DNA of 64,000 bases from the human T2T-CHM13v2.0 reference genome, Homo sapiens (GCF_009914755.1 NC_060936.1), one strand, 5' to 3'; numbered from the stretch's first letter, positions 39,326 to 54,280 are shown. Numbers and translations are program-made. Notes: generated by a model from the letters alone, not told the origin.

Positions 39326-40134
39326 ATAGTGGAGTCAAAACTCTCTGTCTCCTCGTAGGGTCCTGGCTGGGTCTGAGAATTAAATTGATACATGATAGAT
39401 TAACAGGAGAAAAGTTTTAAAATTTATTTAATGTAAGTTTTACAGGATATGGGAGCCCTCATAAGAAAAGTAGGACTCAAAGACATGGCAAAACCTACAT
39501 GCAGGCCAGGCACTGTGGTTCACACCTGTAATCCCAGCACTTTAGGAGGCCAAGGCGGGAAGACAGCTTGAGCCCAGGAGTTTGAGACCAGCCTGGGCAA
39601 CATGGTGAAACCCTGTTTCTACAAAAAAAATTTTTAATTAGCCTGATGTGGCGATGCATGCCTGTGGTTCCAGCTACTTGGGAAGCTGTTTGGAGGATTG
39701 CTTGAGCCCAGGAGTTCAAGGTTGCAGTAAGCCATGATCACACTACTGCACTCCAGCCTGGGCAACAAAGTGAGACCCTGTTTCAGAACCAACCAACAAA
39801 AAGAACCTACTTGATTTTGTATAAGGCTGAACAAAGAGACCCATTTGTGGAAAAGTAACTAAACTATGGCAAGGCTAAAGGAAGACGATTTATTTTAACA
39901 AAGTCTGCTTGTACAGAATTCTCTTGGCTATGACTCCCCATCAAAGAATGTTTCTTTCTTCCTAGCATATGGAGGGCAGCTTTCACCTGGGAGTTTTTAA
40001 TCTCCTGCCTTCAGGAAGAAAAAGGGAAGATAAGAATGTCCTTCTCACATCTGCTGTTCTTCAAGTGTCTTTAGCTTGAAGTCATCCCCGTGTGATAGTG
40101 GTCTGTTTTGGGGGGCATAATCTGCTGTCCTTCA
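39326..40134 (-). mobile_element. ERV1 solo LTR (MER31/MER34/MER67-like) containing an Alu
   Basis: Ends ...gttttgggggggcataatctgctgtccttca, the reverse of the tgaagg...atgccacccc start typical of this group. Confidence 0.7.
39504..39802 (+). mobile_element. AluJ-type nested in the LTR
   Basis: Dimer; flanking aacctac repeat. Confidence 0.92.
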
Positions 40135-41789
40135 AAATCATTCCAGATAGATCAAAGAACAAGTGCAGAGGCCTTAAAGAGGAGCATGCCTGGTATGCTG
40201 AAAGGCCATCAAGGAAACCAGCGAATCTAGAATAAAGTGAGCATGGGATGGACTGGTGTATTGGGGGAGAGGCTCACACAGGGTTGGGTGCATGCGGCAC
40301 TTACTCTAAGTGAAAAGGAGAAGAATCTGCCCTCCCTTACAGATCCTCAAGAATAAATCCAACTCCAAAAGCACAGCAAGACATTTGAATTTGACTAGAA
40401 GTTGCAATGGAGGGTGTGGGGCCACTGCACAACAGAAACTTCACAAAATCTTCCAGTGGATGCCTGTTTCTCTCCTGGACATATTTCTAACATTTTCTCT
40501 AACCAGCCCCGTCAAGCCCACCCTCTCTCACTCTTATCTCTGTCCTATCCACAGCAAAGTATCCCTCTATTAGACTCTTCAATTTTGATTCCCCTCATAA
40601 TCATTTAACACCATGCTCAGATATGAGAAAACCCACCCAAGAAAATATTTCTGTTATACATGAATTCGTATCTTTATGAATAAAATTCTGTTCGTCTGTT
40701 AATGGCATCACAGAAAAACAGGGAAGTGGGTATCTATCACATCTGGAGAGTGTGTTTCAGTGGTCTGAAGTTTAAAACATATGTTTGGAGAGATGCAATG
40801 AATTCACTTCTGGAGGCTTGAGCAGGAGCATAGGGGTGGGCAGGTCCATCCACTCAGAGAGAGGCAGTAGTTGGGCAGTCATCGTAAGAACAGCTGAAAA
40901 TACGGTCCAGATCACAAGTACCAGTCACCACATGAACACCTATACTCCACTGGGCTTTTAGACATGTGCGCAAGTAGCAGATGCTCCAAACTGCAGGCAG
41001 TGACTTATAATTGAACCATTTCTCGAATATACGTGTTTACACAGCAGGGTGGGATGCAGCGGGGATGTCTTTATCCAATCATGGCCCACGGTGCTCCTGA
41101 ATAGCACTGGGGAGGCCAGACATTATATAATAGATATAAGAACTCCATTCAGAAACACTTTTTCTTTCTTGTTGTAATGACACCTAGATCTGAGATTATG
41201 TCTGTGAAAGATGGGGAGAAGTTTGTGAAAGGCAAAGCAAATTAAAGGAAGAGAAAAAAGATACAGAAACAGCATTATAAATTTCTGAATTATACAGATT
41301 TTTTAAGTCAGGGAACTGAACCAGCAAACATTAAGATGATAAGGGAAGTGACATATTTCAGAGGGTAAGACCCTGGAGTCAGCTCCATGGACTCATCCCA
41401 GCTGCACTGCCTACTAGATACAGGACTGGACAGTAGCGTCTGTCCTGAAATTTTTCCAGATCCTAATTGTCTCTTTCATGATTCATGGCATACACTTCTG
41501 GTATTTCTGTGGGTAAGATTCAAAATTATTTTCTGAGAAAAACTTTGGCTTTGTGCTATGAACCATTTTCACAGAATGGAATTCCGTGTAAACACAAGTC
41601 AAAGATTCCCAACTTTCTTTACAGAGTATTAACTGTGCCACCTGCTTGTCTAAAACATATGGGTCTCTCTTTACTCAGCACAGAATATCAGCATTTCAGG
41701 TTGTCAACAACCTTTAACTGACTGTCATCCAGTTTCCATTAAGGAACATGCTAGCTGAATCTTATTCTGGGAGCTAGAATCTTTATATT

Positions 41790-42612
41790 TGTGAAATTAT
41801 GAAATATAAATTTGCTCTTTGACCCCGTTTCCTGGCATACAAGTCTTAAAATCCTCGGAAACTCAAAAATGATGTCTTTTTGTATGCTAATGAGTTGACT
41901 GGTGGCTAGAGACCCCTAGGTAGATTCAGGATGGGGGCTGATCATTTAAAAGGCCAAAGCGGGATTACAGGATTAGAACTTTAAGCTGCATTCCCCAAAC
42001 TGTGGGGAGGAAAGGGTGGCTGAAGTTTAAGTTGATCACCAGTGGCTAATGGTTTAATCAATCATGCCTACATAATGGAGCCTCCATAAAAACCCAAATT
42101 GGCAGGATTTGAATAGCTTCTGTATAGCTGAACACCTGGAGGTTCCTGAAGGGTGATGTGCCTCATGAGGGCATGGAAATTCTGCACCCCTTCCTCCATA
42201 TCTCACTGCATGCATCTCTTCATCTGCATCCTTCATAATATCCTGTATAATAAACAGTAAATGTGTTTCCCTGAGTTCTGTGAACTGCTCTAGCAAATTA
42301 ATCGAACCCAAGGAGGAGGTTGTGGAATCCCCAATTTATAGCCAGTCAGTCAGATGCACTGGTAAAACAACCTGGGGCTTGTCACTGGCATCTAAAGTCG
42401 GGGGCAGTCTCAGGGACTAAACCCTCATCCTGTGGGATATGACTCTATCTCTAGGTAGACAGTGTTGAAATTGAATTGGAAGACACCCAGCTGGGTCCAC
42501 CACAGAATCAATTGCTTTCTTATTGGTAGGGAGAAATCCCCACACATTTGGTCACAGAAGTCTGTGTTGATTGTTGTTGAGTGGAGTTTGTGCATGGTTT
42601 TTTCCTACTCTC
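41790..42612 (+). mobile_element. MER21-type LTR
   Basis: tttgtatgctaatgagttgactggtggct...ccctgagttctgtgaactgctctagcaaattaatcgaacccaagg...catttggtcacagaag. Confidence 0.85.
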
Positions 42613-43119
42613 AATATTCTTTCTCTATATCAAGTCAAATCATGAGGAAGTAAGCTATTTATATCACATAAAGGTAATTCTTTTTAAACATCAGCCCTAT
42701 AAATGATCATAGACATAAACAAAGCTATTTTCTACTTCCAGTGGGTCAACTCAGCTCCACACCAACATATTGTGAAAACAGTCAGGCAGGCACTGCCACC
42801 TCATCCACCCATTATCCCTCAACTTGTTGCTGTGTTCACTGCATTTGTACTTAATATTGTTTTGTGAATATCACTGGCCATCTTGATAGAAAAGTGCAAA
42901 GGTATTGAGAGACTTGAAAGCAACAGTTAAGGAGAAGCATAGGCTTAGAAACAAAAACAAAAGTAGAGATTTTTTTTTAAACTTGGAAGCATTGAGAAAA
43001 TAAAGGATATTACAAATGTAGACGGAATGAATCATTTGACAAGGAGTGAATAAAGAAGCGACAACTGGCAAAAGGGAAGGAAAATGAGAAACGAAATGGA
43101 GTTTTTTTTTCAGTTTGCT

Positions 43120-46100
43120 GAGAAGATAATGAGGTAAATGTAATGGGATAAATACTTGTAGACAAACTTGTCATAATTTAGAATCTGAAGGTATATTAGA
43201 TTAAATAATAGATATTTCATTATTTGGGTATTTTCCAATAAAAATATATTGTAGGAAAACATTCTTTCTAAAAAAAGTGTCCTTTTTAAAGAGGTGAACA
43301 ATTTTTGTCTAATTCAAAGCTTATTTAACTGTTGTATATAAAACAAGGTAAAAAGAACCAGGAAATAAGACAGATGTAAAGAAAGTTATAGAAATAAAGA
43401 GGTATTTTCTGGTAAGAAAGCTTAAAGAGAAATCATTTTATATGAGAAGGAATCTTATATAGTAAATTTAGTCTTAGAATAAAAGGTCTGGTTGTTTATG
43501 AAAGAGGGATGTTCAGGACAAACCAGAAAGTCCAAGCATGTCATGAATAGTCTGTGTAAGTCCAATAAGAGGCTGTATTAAAAAATGTATAGAGTATAAA
43601 TCCAATAAGATGATTTATTAAAAAAATTTTTATATGATCAAGTTGTCTATAATTAAAGGGAAATTATAATGGTCTTTCTAGAGATTGGGTTTGATGTAAA
43701 AGAACACTAATACACTAAAAAATTGATTAGAACAATAAAATTTTCTTAAGGGATTGACTTACTCTTAACAAATTATAGGAGATTTTAATTTTTTTAACCC
43801 AAAGTTCAACTTTTATTGCATCTGGCCATTTTCAGTTTTCTCTCCCCTTTTAAAAGCCACAAAATACTGACACTCTCCTTCAACTCATTTTCAGCTCATA
43901 TAAGGTTTTTCCCCTCAAGTTCTGTTTGTTGTGGCCTGATGCTAACAATGTTTTCTTAAAGGTCTGAAGGAAATGATTTCTTCCAACATAATATATTCTG
44001 TGCACTACAGAAAGTCTTTTCTTTTGCCTTTTGGTAACAGGCCTAACAGATTTTACATTTTATCAAAATTATTCCTATGCCATTATTATTAAGTTTTGGT
44101 TTGCTTAGAAATAAAACTAAGATTTAAAAGAATTATTTTTTAATTAAGGTTATTACATCTGTGTATCTTTATGTGCTTTTAAAGTCCTCGTGAAATTGAG
44201 TTACAGGGCTTTGACTCCTGGGTCTAAAAAGGACACCAAGTCCTGCTAAATCTTAAAAACTGAAAGCAATTAAAGCCTCATCTCCAGGCCCACTATAAAA
44301 TGCCAATCCAAAATAAACTGCATTCCTGAGACACAAGGCCAGAAATTAAAGCTATTCAACTCCTCAAGGTCCAGGGACTATTGCAGAAGAGGTGGGTATG
44401 TGAGATTGTAAGGCCAATATTGAGAGATGAAATAAGTTCAATTCCTCAGTAAATTAACCATTAACGTCAAAGGCACACTAATGCAAGACCAACATATGGG
44501 CCCCTGTATCAGATTAGCAAGGTTTTCTTGAAGCATTAACTGACTCTTTAATAAAACTTAGAAAGGTTATAAAAGGCTTATTGAAGTTATATCTCATGGT
44601 CAAGATTACAATTTTATAGATTGTTTATAAAATTTTGAAAAACAAGTTTCATTGGCTTCGTGCTGTTTTTATTAGGGCTTATTGTTTGGAAAACTAAGTC
44701 TCCTCTCTCGAAGACTGAAGGTTTTTGCCTTTTGTTGAAATCCTTGAGTTATCATTTTGTTTAAGTGAATGACTTATTTTACAATGACTTGTGATCCAAT
44801 TTTGTGATAGCAAATGTCTTAACCTTTGATATTTGACAAACTTCTCAAAATCAAATTATAAATTTTGTATTTTTCTGACTTAATTAATCCTTTAAGATGT
44901 TAGGCTTCCTAAAGTCCAAAGTTGACATATTTGACGTATTTGGTATAAAAATTATATAGGAAGCATCGTCAAATCTGAAATGGTGTTTGGTTTTCTTTGG
45001 GTTGTATTTGTATAAATATGTTATTGGTATGTGTTCCAAAATTATGAGACACTCCTATCATTCTGATATGACTTAGTGTACATTTTCAGTAATAATTATA
45101 ATTGTTATAATAAATTATTGTGTGCCACAGAGGTAATAAATTTCTTTGTCAATTGCGTCTTTGACTATGGCTGCCCTAAAACTTTTTGTCATCCATGGAC
45201 AATTATTGTCTTGTTTTGATCCTCCTTAGAAGGTGGTTTTATAATCAGCTGTAAAACTCTAACAAGTGCTCTTGAATGAAGGTGTCTGATAACTCTGGAG
45301 ATTGTGACATCAGAATAGTGGTAAAACTTTCAGGACCCATGGAGAGAGAGCTGAAATGTTTATGAATATCAAGCAGAATAGGTATTAACTGCACAGACTA
45401 AACTAATAGAAGACTGGAGTAATATTTTTGACTTTTTGCTTAAAATGTTGCTGATCCTTTGTTTTGTTTTTCAGAGTAAAGGAAACTTTTTTTTGAGCTA
45501 TTGACAACTTTTAACAATTAAGTATACTCCTATAAATAAAATTTGGAGCATATTTATTTCTCTCCACCTGATTTCTCCAGAATTCAGAAACTATTTGTGA
45601 ATATTCTTAACTTATGGCAATATAGTTATTTGCATAAGTTCAATAAGAATATGTTTTCATTTGTAACAGGACACAGTTGGAGAAACTGATTATTTTACCA
45701 CGGCTTTGACTGGCATGGTGTGCTTTCCTTTAAGGAATCGAAGTTGGCTTAGAAAGCCAATAAAAGCCTTTTGGGAAAGCTGGCCTCATACCTTGTCTAT
45801 GCAGTTCCTGTACAGGGTTCCTGACCTGTGTTAAGTAAAGAATGTCACTTTCTGGCAGGCTCAGGAGCCCCAGCCTTTTAATACCTTGGAACCTCAAGAA
45901 GAGAGTAATTCATCCAACTCATAGGTATTTGATGGTACAAATCCATGGCTGGGCTCAGCTTTAAAAAAATCTTATCTGAGATTCCTTTTATGGAACAAAG
46001 TTCCATCAAAGCCAATATAAAAAGCCTATGTGAAAGATAATTATTCTTGCTGTACTTTATACAAATAATCTGGGCAATATAATAAAGCAAATCAGTCCTA

Positions 46101-46721
46101 CCATGATTTGTCTTTAGTAAAAATAGGAAACTGGAGACAGAAAAATTATGTTTCAAAAACTATAGTACATCTGATGTTAGATTCCAGTTTTGCCTAAGGT
46201 TTTTCAATTTTTATTATTTTCTAAGTTTAGACTGAATTCTAATTTTTCCTGGCTGCAAGTATCCAAAAATGATGTTTTCGATTTTTTTCTTTCTTTTCCT
46301 TTTTCCCCCCAATTTTCCTAATTTGAAATCACTAAAAACTAACCTTTGCTTTCTTAAAGCCCTGCTAACTGAATTTAGACAACTTAAATAAACTTCAGAA
46401 GAAAATAACAGCAACCTATTTACACACATAAGCCACTTTCATACCTGCCTACTGATGTATGGACTTCAGAGTAATGTGGCCTATACCAATTTTCCAGGAT
46501 TGTTCTTTTGTTATTGTTTTTCTCCCTTCCTCCCCTATTTTCTCTTCATAGAGCATGAGACTTCTCAACCTGCTAAAAATGAGCTTTCCTAATAACTCGG
46601 GACCTACCTATATAGGAATAAACCATCCCAGACATGAGAGATCAGATAAAACCTGAGACCAAAGGCTAATTTTCTTGTAAAATGTTTTCTCCAAAAATTT
46701 TAGAAAAGAAAAGGGGGAAAA
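43120..46721 (+). mobile_element. MER4-group ERV internal sequence, 3' portion, ending in polypurine tract
   Basis: AT-rich non-coding MER4-int-like sequence; PPT agaaaagaaaagggggaaaa at 46702-46721 directly before an LTR. Confidence 0.8.
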
Positions 46722-47173
46722 TGTCAAAGGAAAATAAATCCTGGGGCCCTAAAAATTACTAAGCTAAAGGGAAAAGTCAAGCTGGGAACTGCTTAGGGCA
46801 AAGCTGCCTCCCATTCTATTCAAAGTCATCCCTCCCCTCACTGAGATAAATGCATGTCTGATTGACACCCTTGGAAAGGCTAATCAGAACTCAAAAAGGG
46901 TGCAACCATTTGTCTCTCACCTACCTGTGACCTGAAGCCCCCTCCCTGCTTGAGCTGTCCCACCTTTCTTGATGGAACCAATGTACATCTTACATATATC
47001 AATGGATGTCTTATGTCTCCCTAAAATGTGTATAAAACCAAGCTGTGCCCCAACCACCTTGGGCACATGTTGTCAGGAATTCCTGAGGCTGTGTCATGGA
47101 CACACGTGCTCAACTTTGACAAAATAAACTTTCTGAATTAAATGAAACCTGTCTCAGATATTCAGGGTTCACA
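46722..47173 (+). mobile_element. MER4A-type LTR, complete
   Basis: tgtcaaaggaaaataaatcctgggg...aataaac...gggttcaca; TG...CA termini. Confidence 0.88.
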
Positions 47174-47879
47174 TTTTGGTAACCACAAAGAGATTCTAAG
47201 TGGAGGTGCCTCTGACCTTTGCCAAATCTTCTGTTGGTGCTTGGTACCAGCTAGAGGTAGCTTTAAGGCTCAGGCCATTAGGACAATTTGCTGAAGCCTG
47301 AAAGAGCCCCCTCCAGAGAATCCCTGATCTCCCAAAATTAGGTCAAGATCTAAAGTTTATATTGCCATACAACTCCTTTTTTTTTTTGGAATTTGGCTTG
47401 CTTCCCACACAGGGAAAGCAGGTTTCCTGCTTCCTTGGCAATGGAAGGCAGAGGTAACTATTTTATGATGTCTGAACTCTCTTCCAACAGGGAAGATGAA
47501 TTTGAGATTTTTCCTGCTTCTAGGATGGTAGAGAGCAGTCTTCAGCCTGAGACCCATTCCTAGGTAAGTAACTGAATCGGGGTTTGTTTTTGGCTAAAGT
47601 TAAGATTAACAACCAGCTGGTTTTAATTGCTCCTTATCATTAGAATGCTCAATAGTTGTATAAGTTGTTTTGCTTAACTGTTTGTTTTGTTTTGCTTAAC
47701 TGTTTTTTGTTTGTTTTGCTTAACTTTTTTTGTTGTTGTTGTTTTTGTTGTTTGTTTCTGTTTTTGTGGTTGTTTCCGTCTTTTTCCCATTGGGTTTGAT
47801 CAACTCCATCCGACTTAATCAAATTAGAAGGAAAGTTCCAAATTATGGGAAAAGGCCTCTGAAGTGGCTAAATCCGCCC

Positions 47880-47901
47880 CGCCACCACCACCACCACCCT
47901 G

Positions 47902-47944
<43 letters not shown>
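47880..47944. repeat. (CCA)n plus (CA)~20 microsatellite
   Basis: Direct reading. Confidence 0.95.
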
Positions 47945-47948
<4 letters not shown>

Positions 47949-49406
47949 TGGTGTGGTACAGGGAGAAAAACGAACAGCAAAAAACAGAAAAGACTTTCAT
48001 TTTTGACTACTTAAAAGGCTTTATTTACATAACAAGGCCACCTTTTTGCTAGTCAGGCCAACCAAAAGAGCAATGGCTGTCGCCTCACGCTGCTGTTCCA
48101 TAGCTAAGGGTTCTGCCATCTTTTTTTCCACCACAATAGCCTGGGTTTGTTTCCTAAATCAAGCCCTTTCTGGTTTGATACTTGGTACTTCTAAAATAAC
48201 AGCAATTTGTTCCAGCTGAACTATGGTCATAAGATTTAAAAAGATTTTTTTTAAGGAGCTCAGTGGTTAAAAGTCAGCTTAATTACAAGCTAACATCCAA
48301 AAATGTATGCATGTGTGTCTATGTGTTTGTATTTAAAAGGCCTTCATGTTGGCATTTTTTTTCTCCTAGGACCTTGTCTTTTTCTTTTTCTTTTTCTTTT
48401 TTTTTTTTGAGCAAAAGTTTTTTTCTTCTCAGTTGACTGAATTCTGTTTTCTTCATTTACTTCTTCTGTCTCTTCTTTCTCTTGCACCCTCTGCTGAATG
48501 AGGAACCTAAAATAGTTTATAACAGCCTTAAAGAAAACAGAGAAAGTGCCAGACTCCCTTTGGGGGAGAAACCGGTTTTTCCTTATGGAATCCCAAGAGC
48601 ATAAACAGACCAGTTCATCTCAACTCTTAAACTATTTGCTTTTGTATTTTGTTATCTGATTTATTGACTAAAATAATTATTGCAACAGAGGCTACTCTCG
48701 GGTTTTTAGGGAGAGTGTAGTTTAGACACTCAGAAAAGTCTTTGTTTAAAAAACCCTTTTTTAAAGTGCACTGTAAAAGCATCACATGGTCTAGCCTCAT
48801 AATAATTCTCCTTTTTTGGAGACCCAGGATTCAATGTGGGCTCTGCCCAGAGCTCAGATCCAGTTAAAAGACAAGTAGTCCCTATCTAAATAAAACTGGT
48901 CTCCTCTTACAGTCCTATGGTAGATTTGTATAATTTTGTGCTTGACATCCATCTTTAATCTCTCTCCAGCTCTACCAGACTTTTTCTTTCAGTACCTTGA
49001 GATGTAAATTTTGCTATCTGATTTTTCACTAAGAGTTGTTTCCTTCAATATGCAGATTTAGGGCTATTTAGCTGACAACTGCCAGAGTGATGAAACAGAT
49101 TATCAAGAGTTTGCAAGTCTAAGATAGGAAAAACACAAAAGAAGAGGTCTTAGGAATCTATAAATGTACTTCTATCGGTATGCCTAATATATCTCTTTAT
49201 TTATGTGCTGTGTACACAATGTTTCACTGCTAAAAATATATAAAAGAGCTCTAATGAATGGGCTTAAAGAAAAATAAAAGTGCTTAAATCAAACATTTTA
49301 TCAGAAAAAAGGATAGACTAGTCAAATGCTTTTTCAAGTGTACATGACTTAAGTAGAATCTTTAATAAATAAGCTAGCTTTAAAATTACAGGTACGGTAA
49401 TATTAG

Positions 49407-49796
<390 letters not shown>

Positions 49797-50136
49797 TAAG
49801 GTGTCAAAATTTGGCATTGGGGTTACCTAACTATAAACCCAGCCCAAAACAGAATGATCTTTGCTTGGGTAATTTTTAATAAATAAGACATTAATATTGG
49901 TTTAATGAAAATAGCTACATCTTGAATTATTTAGTAAAATTACCATAACTTCTAATCTTGTGGTTTTGGGCAGTCTAGTCCACAGGCAGTAAGAAGGTTT
50001 GTTTTGGGAAAGGACTATCATCATCTTTGTTTCAAAACTAAACTATAAACTAAGTTCCTCCGAAAGTCCAGGAATGAACAAAGACAGCTTGGAGGTTAGA
50101 AGCAAGATGGAATCAGTTAGGTCATATCTTTTTCAC

Positions 50137-50396
50137 TGTCTTTCACCTACCTGTGACCTGGAAGCCCCTTCCCTGCTTGAGTTCTCCTGCCTTTCTGGAT
50201 GGAACCAATTTACATCTTACATATGTTGATTGATGTCTTATGTCTCCCTAAAATGTATAAAACCAAGCTGTGCTCTGACCACCTTGGGCACATGTCGTCA
50301 GGACCTCCTGAGGCTGTGTCATGGGCACGTCCTCAATCTTGGCAAAATCAACTTTCTAAGTTAACTGAGACCTGTCTCACATATTCAGGGTTCACA
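50137..50396 (+). mobile_element. MER4A-type LTR, 3' half only
   Basis: Aligns to 46911-47173 and ends with the same tattcagggttcaca. Confidence 0.9.
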
Positions 50397-51900
50397 CCTT
50401 ATTCTTTCTTTCTTTTTTTTAGTATGCCCTCATTTTGGAATAGCTTACAATCTATTTCTTTCTTGAGAAAGGGTACAAGCAAAGTACAATTTTTGAGGCT
50501 TTGGATGTTGAAACCACTTCCTAGTTTGGCTGGGTAACAAAATTCCAGAATGTTTAGAAATAATTTCCCTTAGATTTTGAAGCCATTATTCATTGTTTTC
50601 TGACTTTCAGTGTTTCTATTCAGTAATCTGACATCATTCTTAGAAGTAACCATTTTATTATAATGATTTTTCTTCTTTAAATGTTTGTAAGATGTTAACT
50701 TAAGGATTCTGAAATGTCACTAATATGCCTTGGATATGTCTTTTTATATTCATTGTGCTGGACACTTGGTGTTCCCTTGCAACCAGAAAACAGGTCCTTC
50801 AGCTCTGGAAACAGCCTTTTATTGTTTCTTTAATAACTTCTGCCCTCTCTTTTATATTTCTCTCCCTGGAACTCCTATTATCCATACTTCTCACATTTTT
50901 ATCACTTTTTTTCCTTTCTGTCCTTTCAGGAGTGATTTCCTAAACATTATTTTGCTAATCCATTTGTTGATGTTTTAATTTCTACTATCACATTTTTTAA
51001 GAACAAAAAGTCTTTCTTGGCTTCAAAAGGTTCTATTTGCACAGATTCCTACCCTTTGTGAAAGCAGTATATTTTCTTTGGAAGGATCATAACTATATCA
51101 TTTGTTGTGTATTCTTCTGCCTCCTGCTTGTCTGTTTTCTGTGTTTTTTCTAATGCTTTGTTTGGTCTCTGTTTTTTTATGTGAGAGGCTTTCTAGAAAT
51201 ATTTACTGATCCATAGCTGTCCATTTACATTTGAGAATGAGGCACTACACAGCTGACTGAAAGATCTTTATGCTTGGGTGGTAATTACCAAGCGCTGGGC
51301 TTCATCAGAGGTTGATCCACGGGGACTCAGCCATTTCACAAATGTCAGTCTCCACATAACAGCAGTCTTTTCTCTTGGCCTAGTCAATCTCCCCAGAAAG
51401 AAACCCTCCAATATCTTGGTATGGTTTAAGCCTAGTTGCTAACATTCTGCCAGCCGGGTGATAAGATGGTCTGAGGTCTCTCTCTTCAGGATACGACCTT
51501 TCCTGTCTTCAGCTAATGTCCCAAGTCCAGTGCCTCCCTGTTTCATCTCCAGTCTTCTAACAGATGGGAAAGGGCAACTCCTTGCACCTGTGGGTAGGGG
51601 GAGAGCAGACACACTTCCAGCCCATCTTCCTGGTTTTAGTGACATCAGCACTGAATTTGCAACAGAACTGACTTCCTTTTACTGCTTCCCGTGTTGTGAG
51701 TACTGAAGTTGTAGATTTCTGTACTCTCCTAATCAGATATCACTAGGCCATCTGTTTTTCACCTCCTAATATTTTGTTGATGTCTTTCGTCTGCTATTTT
51801 CTTCTCTTCCACTATCTTCATTCTTACAAGTTTATGCCTATTTACATTCTTCTCTTCTCATGTTATTAGTCTTTCAAGAGGGATCAGAAAATCATAAGCC
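50397..51900 (-). mobile_element. Old L1 (L1M) fragment
   Basis: T-rich reverse L1 sequence (agtttggctgggtaacaaaattcc, aaatgtcactaatatgccttgg). Confidence 0.6.
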
Positions 51901-52015
51901 AGGTGGTATTATCCTTTTCAAGCTTAACTTCTTTACTAATGAGTTTTCAATACAGTTTTCTGATTTTAAAACATACGTGTATAAAAAATTACTGAAGGGC
52001 TACCAAGAAAAAAAA

Positions 52016-52141
52016 ATTTATTTTGAGATGAGAGGTCACAATATGTTGCCCAGGCTTGTCTCAAATTCCTGGGCTCAAGTGATACTCCCGCCTCAGCCTC
52101 CTGAGTAACTGGGACTACAGGCATGTGCCACCACACCCAGA
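52016..52141 (-). mobile_element. Alu left monomer (FLAM-like)
   Basis: gagatgagaggtcacaatatgttgcccaggc...gccaccacacccag. Confidence 0.85.
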
Positions 52142-52429
52142 TTACCAAGTAAATTTTTGATGGTGGTTGCTTTAAAGAAATGGAAATAAAATATTAGGGC
52201 ATGTGGGAAGTTATAATTTTCATCTTATATGTTTTTATAGTTTCTTAGTGTCATGAACATGTTTTATCATTTTAAATCTGCTTAACTTTTAAGAGCTATT
52301 AAAAATTTGAAAGTTATAGATGCTTGTTATAGAAAATCTAGAAGATATAAAAGATAACAAAGAAGAAATTAAAAGTTAAAAAAGAACATAACCATACAAA
52401 GAAAAATACTATTAACAGTTTTCTCAGTG

Positions 52430-53000
52430 TGATCTTGACATTAGATTCTCAGCCTTTCTTCAAAATCGGTACACACTTACCTATCAATTATCTCTGCTCT
52501 CTGACATCTTCAAAATCTCCTTCTTAACTAGATCTTTAATTTTTGCCCATAAAAATACTTATTTCTCAACTAAATTAAAGAAAAATTCTTTCAAATATGA
52601 CATCTCTTCAAGATATGATAAAATCTCTCTGATTTTGACAAACCAAATATCTCAAAATAATTACCGCCTCTATTTCTTCACCATCCTTATTACTTTCCTC
52701 CAGTCCATTACCTCTACTGAAACTGCCCTCTTAAAGGTCTTTAAAGATATCTGAATGATCAAATCAAATCAAATGGCCGTTCCTCATTACTCATCCTGAT
52801 CGCTGAAGCATTTGACACAGTTGACCAAATTTCTCCTTCTTATAAGTCTCCCTTCCCTGATATCCACGGCAGTCTCACATCCTACATATCATCAACTCCT
52901 CTCTAAGTGCTTTTTCTCTCTCCCCTGATAAAACAGCACTTTTTCCTCCCATCACCTAAATATGATTGTCCCAAGGCTTACACCTTGATCCTCAGCATTT
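52430..53000 (+). mobile_element. L2 fragment
   Basis: ctctactgaaactgccctc...gcatttgacacagttgacca. Confidence 0.65.
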
Positions 53001-53132
53001 ATTATTCTAATCATAATGAAGGATTGAGTCACAGCCACATTCCTTATATCCATCCCAAGAAAACTAATATCTCTAAAAGAGATACAAAAGAGAACAGACC
53101 TACGATGGACCATCAGGAGATGTCTAAAGTAT

Positions 53133-53822
53133 TGTAAACTAAAAATGAAATCCTAAGCCCCCCAAGCAACTGAATGGACACTCTCCTGGCGAAGGGGACC
53201 CCAAGATAATCTTGAAAACTAAGTTCTTGGCCATGACGAGGGATAGGAAGTTGGACACACCTTGCTAGACCTCCTCCCTCGCTAACTACCATTAGCTTTT
53301 CTTCCCTAAAGACTAAAGAGAAACCGGCCCTTTCAAAGAACTCCACCACTGATGTCCAACATCCATCTGACGCTGCCCCTCCTTTTTGCCTGATGAGACA
53401 CCACCGACTACAGAGTGGTTTTGGCCAGTCTATGGAGAATGCACAGTAAGGGTCTTTGTGTCCTCTGCTTCACCTTTTGACATCAGAGGGCCAAACACTC
53501 CACCCTCAGATCATGCTAACACCACTGCTTTTTGCACATGAGACCCAAGAAGGGGCATGAAGCTCAATTGTACATGTACATGTTTCTCCTTTCATTAATA
53601 TTCATGAGTCTTTCTGTAGCTTATTGAATATGTAGATTTGGCCACTCTGCTCAGTATAAATTCTTGATCCCTTTGCCCCTCTCTCAAAGTATCTGTTTCT
53701 GGCTTCTGGTGGGAGGCTATGCTTCCAAGCCTAGAAGAATGGCCACTTTCAGGCTGCAACACTTTATGAGAAATAAAGCTCTCCTTTCCAAATTTTTGAA
53801 TCTCATCATTCTTTAGTTGGCA
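53133..53822 (+). mobile_element. MER4D/E-type solo LTR
   Basis: tgtaaactaaaaatgaaatcctaagcccccc...gaaataaagctctcctttccaaat...gttggca; TSD-like gtat/gtag. Confidence 0.85.
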
Positions 53823-53889
53823 GTAGAAAGGTAGGTCTGGATCAGTGAAGAAAGGAGGGCCTACAGGAAAAAGAAGAAGAAATTTAAAA

Positions 53890-54280
53890 AATATATTTCG
53901 TTCTTACTATGCACAGATGCTATGCCATGTCCTTTCATATATATTACCTTCATTTCATTCTCAAAACAATCCTATGAATTAGGTACTTTTATTTATCTTT
54001 ACAAGAGTTAAGCAGCTGCACAAAATGACACAGCTATGATCCAGGTTATAAAAGAAGGAAGCCAGACTGATGTGATGGAAAAAACAGAGGCTTGGAGATT
54101 ACACAGCTTTGATGCTACCACTTACTGCTCTATGGCATCGGTCAAATACAACTCTCTGGTCTTCAGTTTTCTCATTTATAAAATAAGGACAAAATTAGCT
54201 GATTACAAATGAAAGGCTTATAAATAAGGTGTATAAAGTACCTAGTACATAGGAAGTGCCCATCAATAATTGTTATTCTG
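53890..54280. mobile_element. Two MIR fragments in opposite orientation
   Basis: Reverse core (cattctcaaaacaatcctatgaattagg) then forward core (cttcagttttctcatttataaaataagg). Confidence 0.6.

Larger units (their letters stand above)
39030..40310 (-). mobile_element. L2 interrupted by an ERV1 LTR
   Basis: Reverse L2 tail at ~39035; the body resumes at cattccagatag (~40139) after the LTR. Confidence 0.75.
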
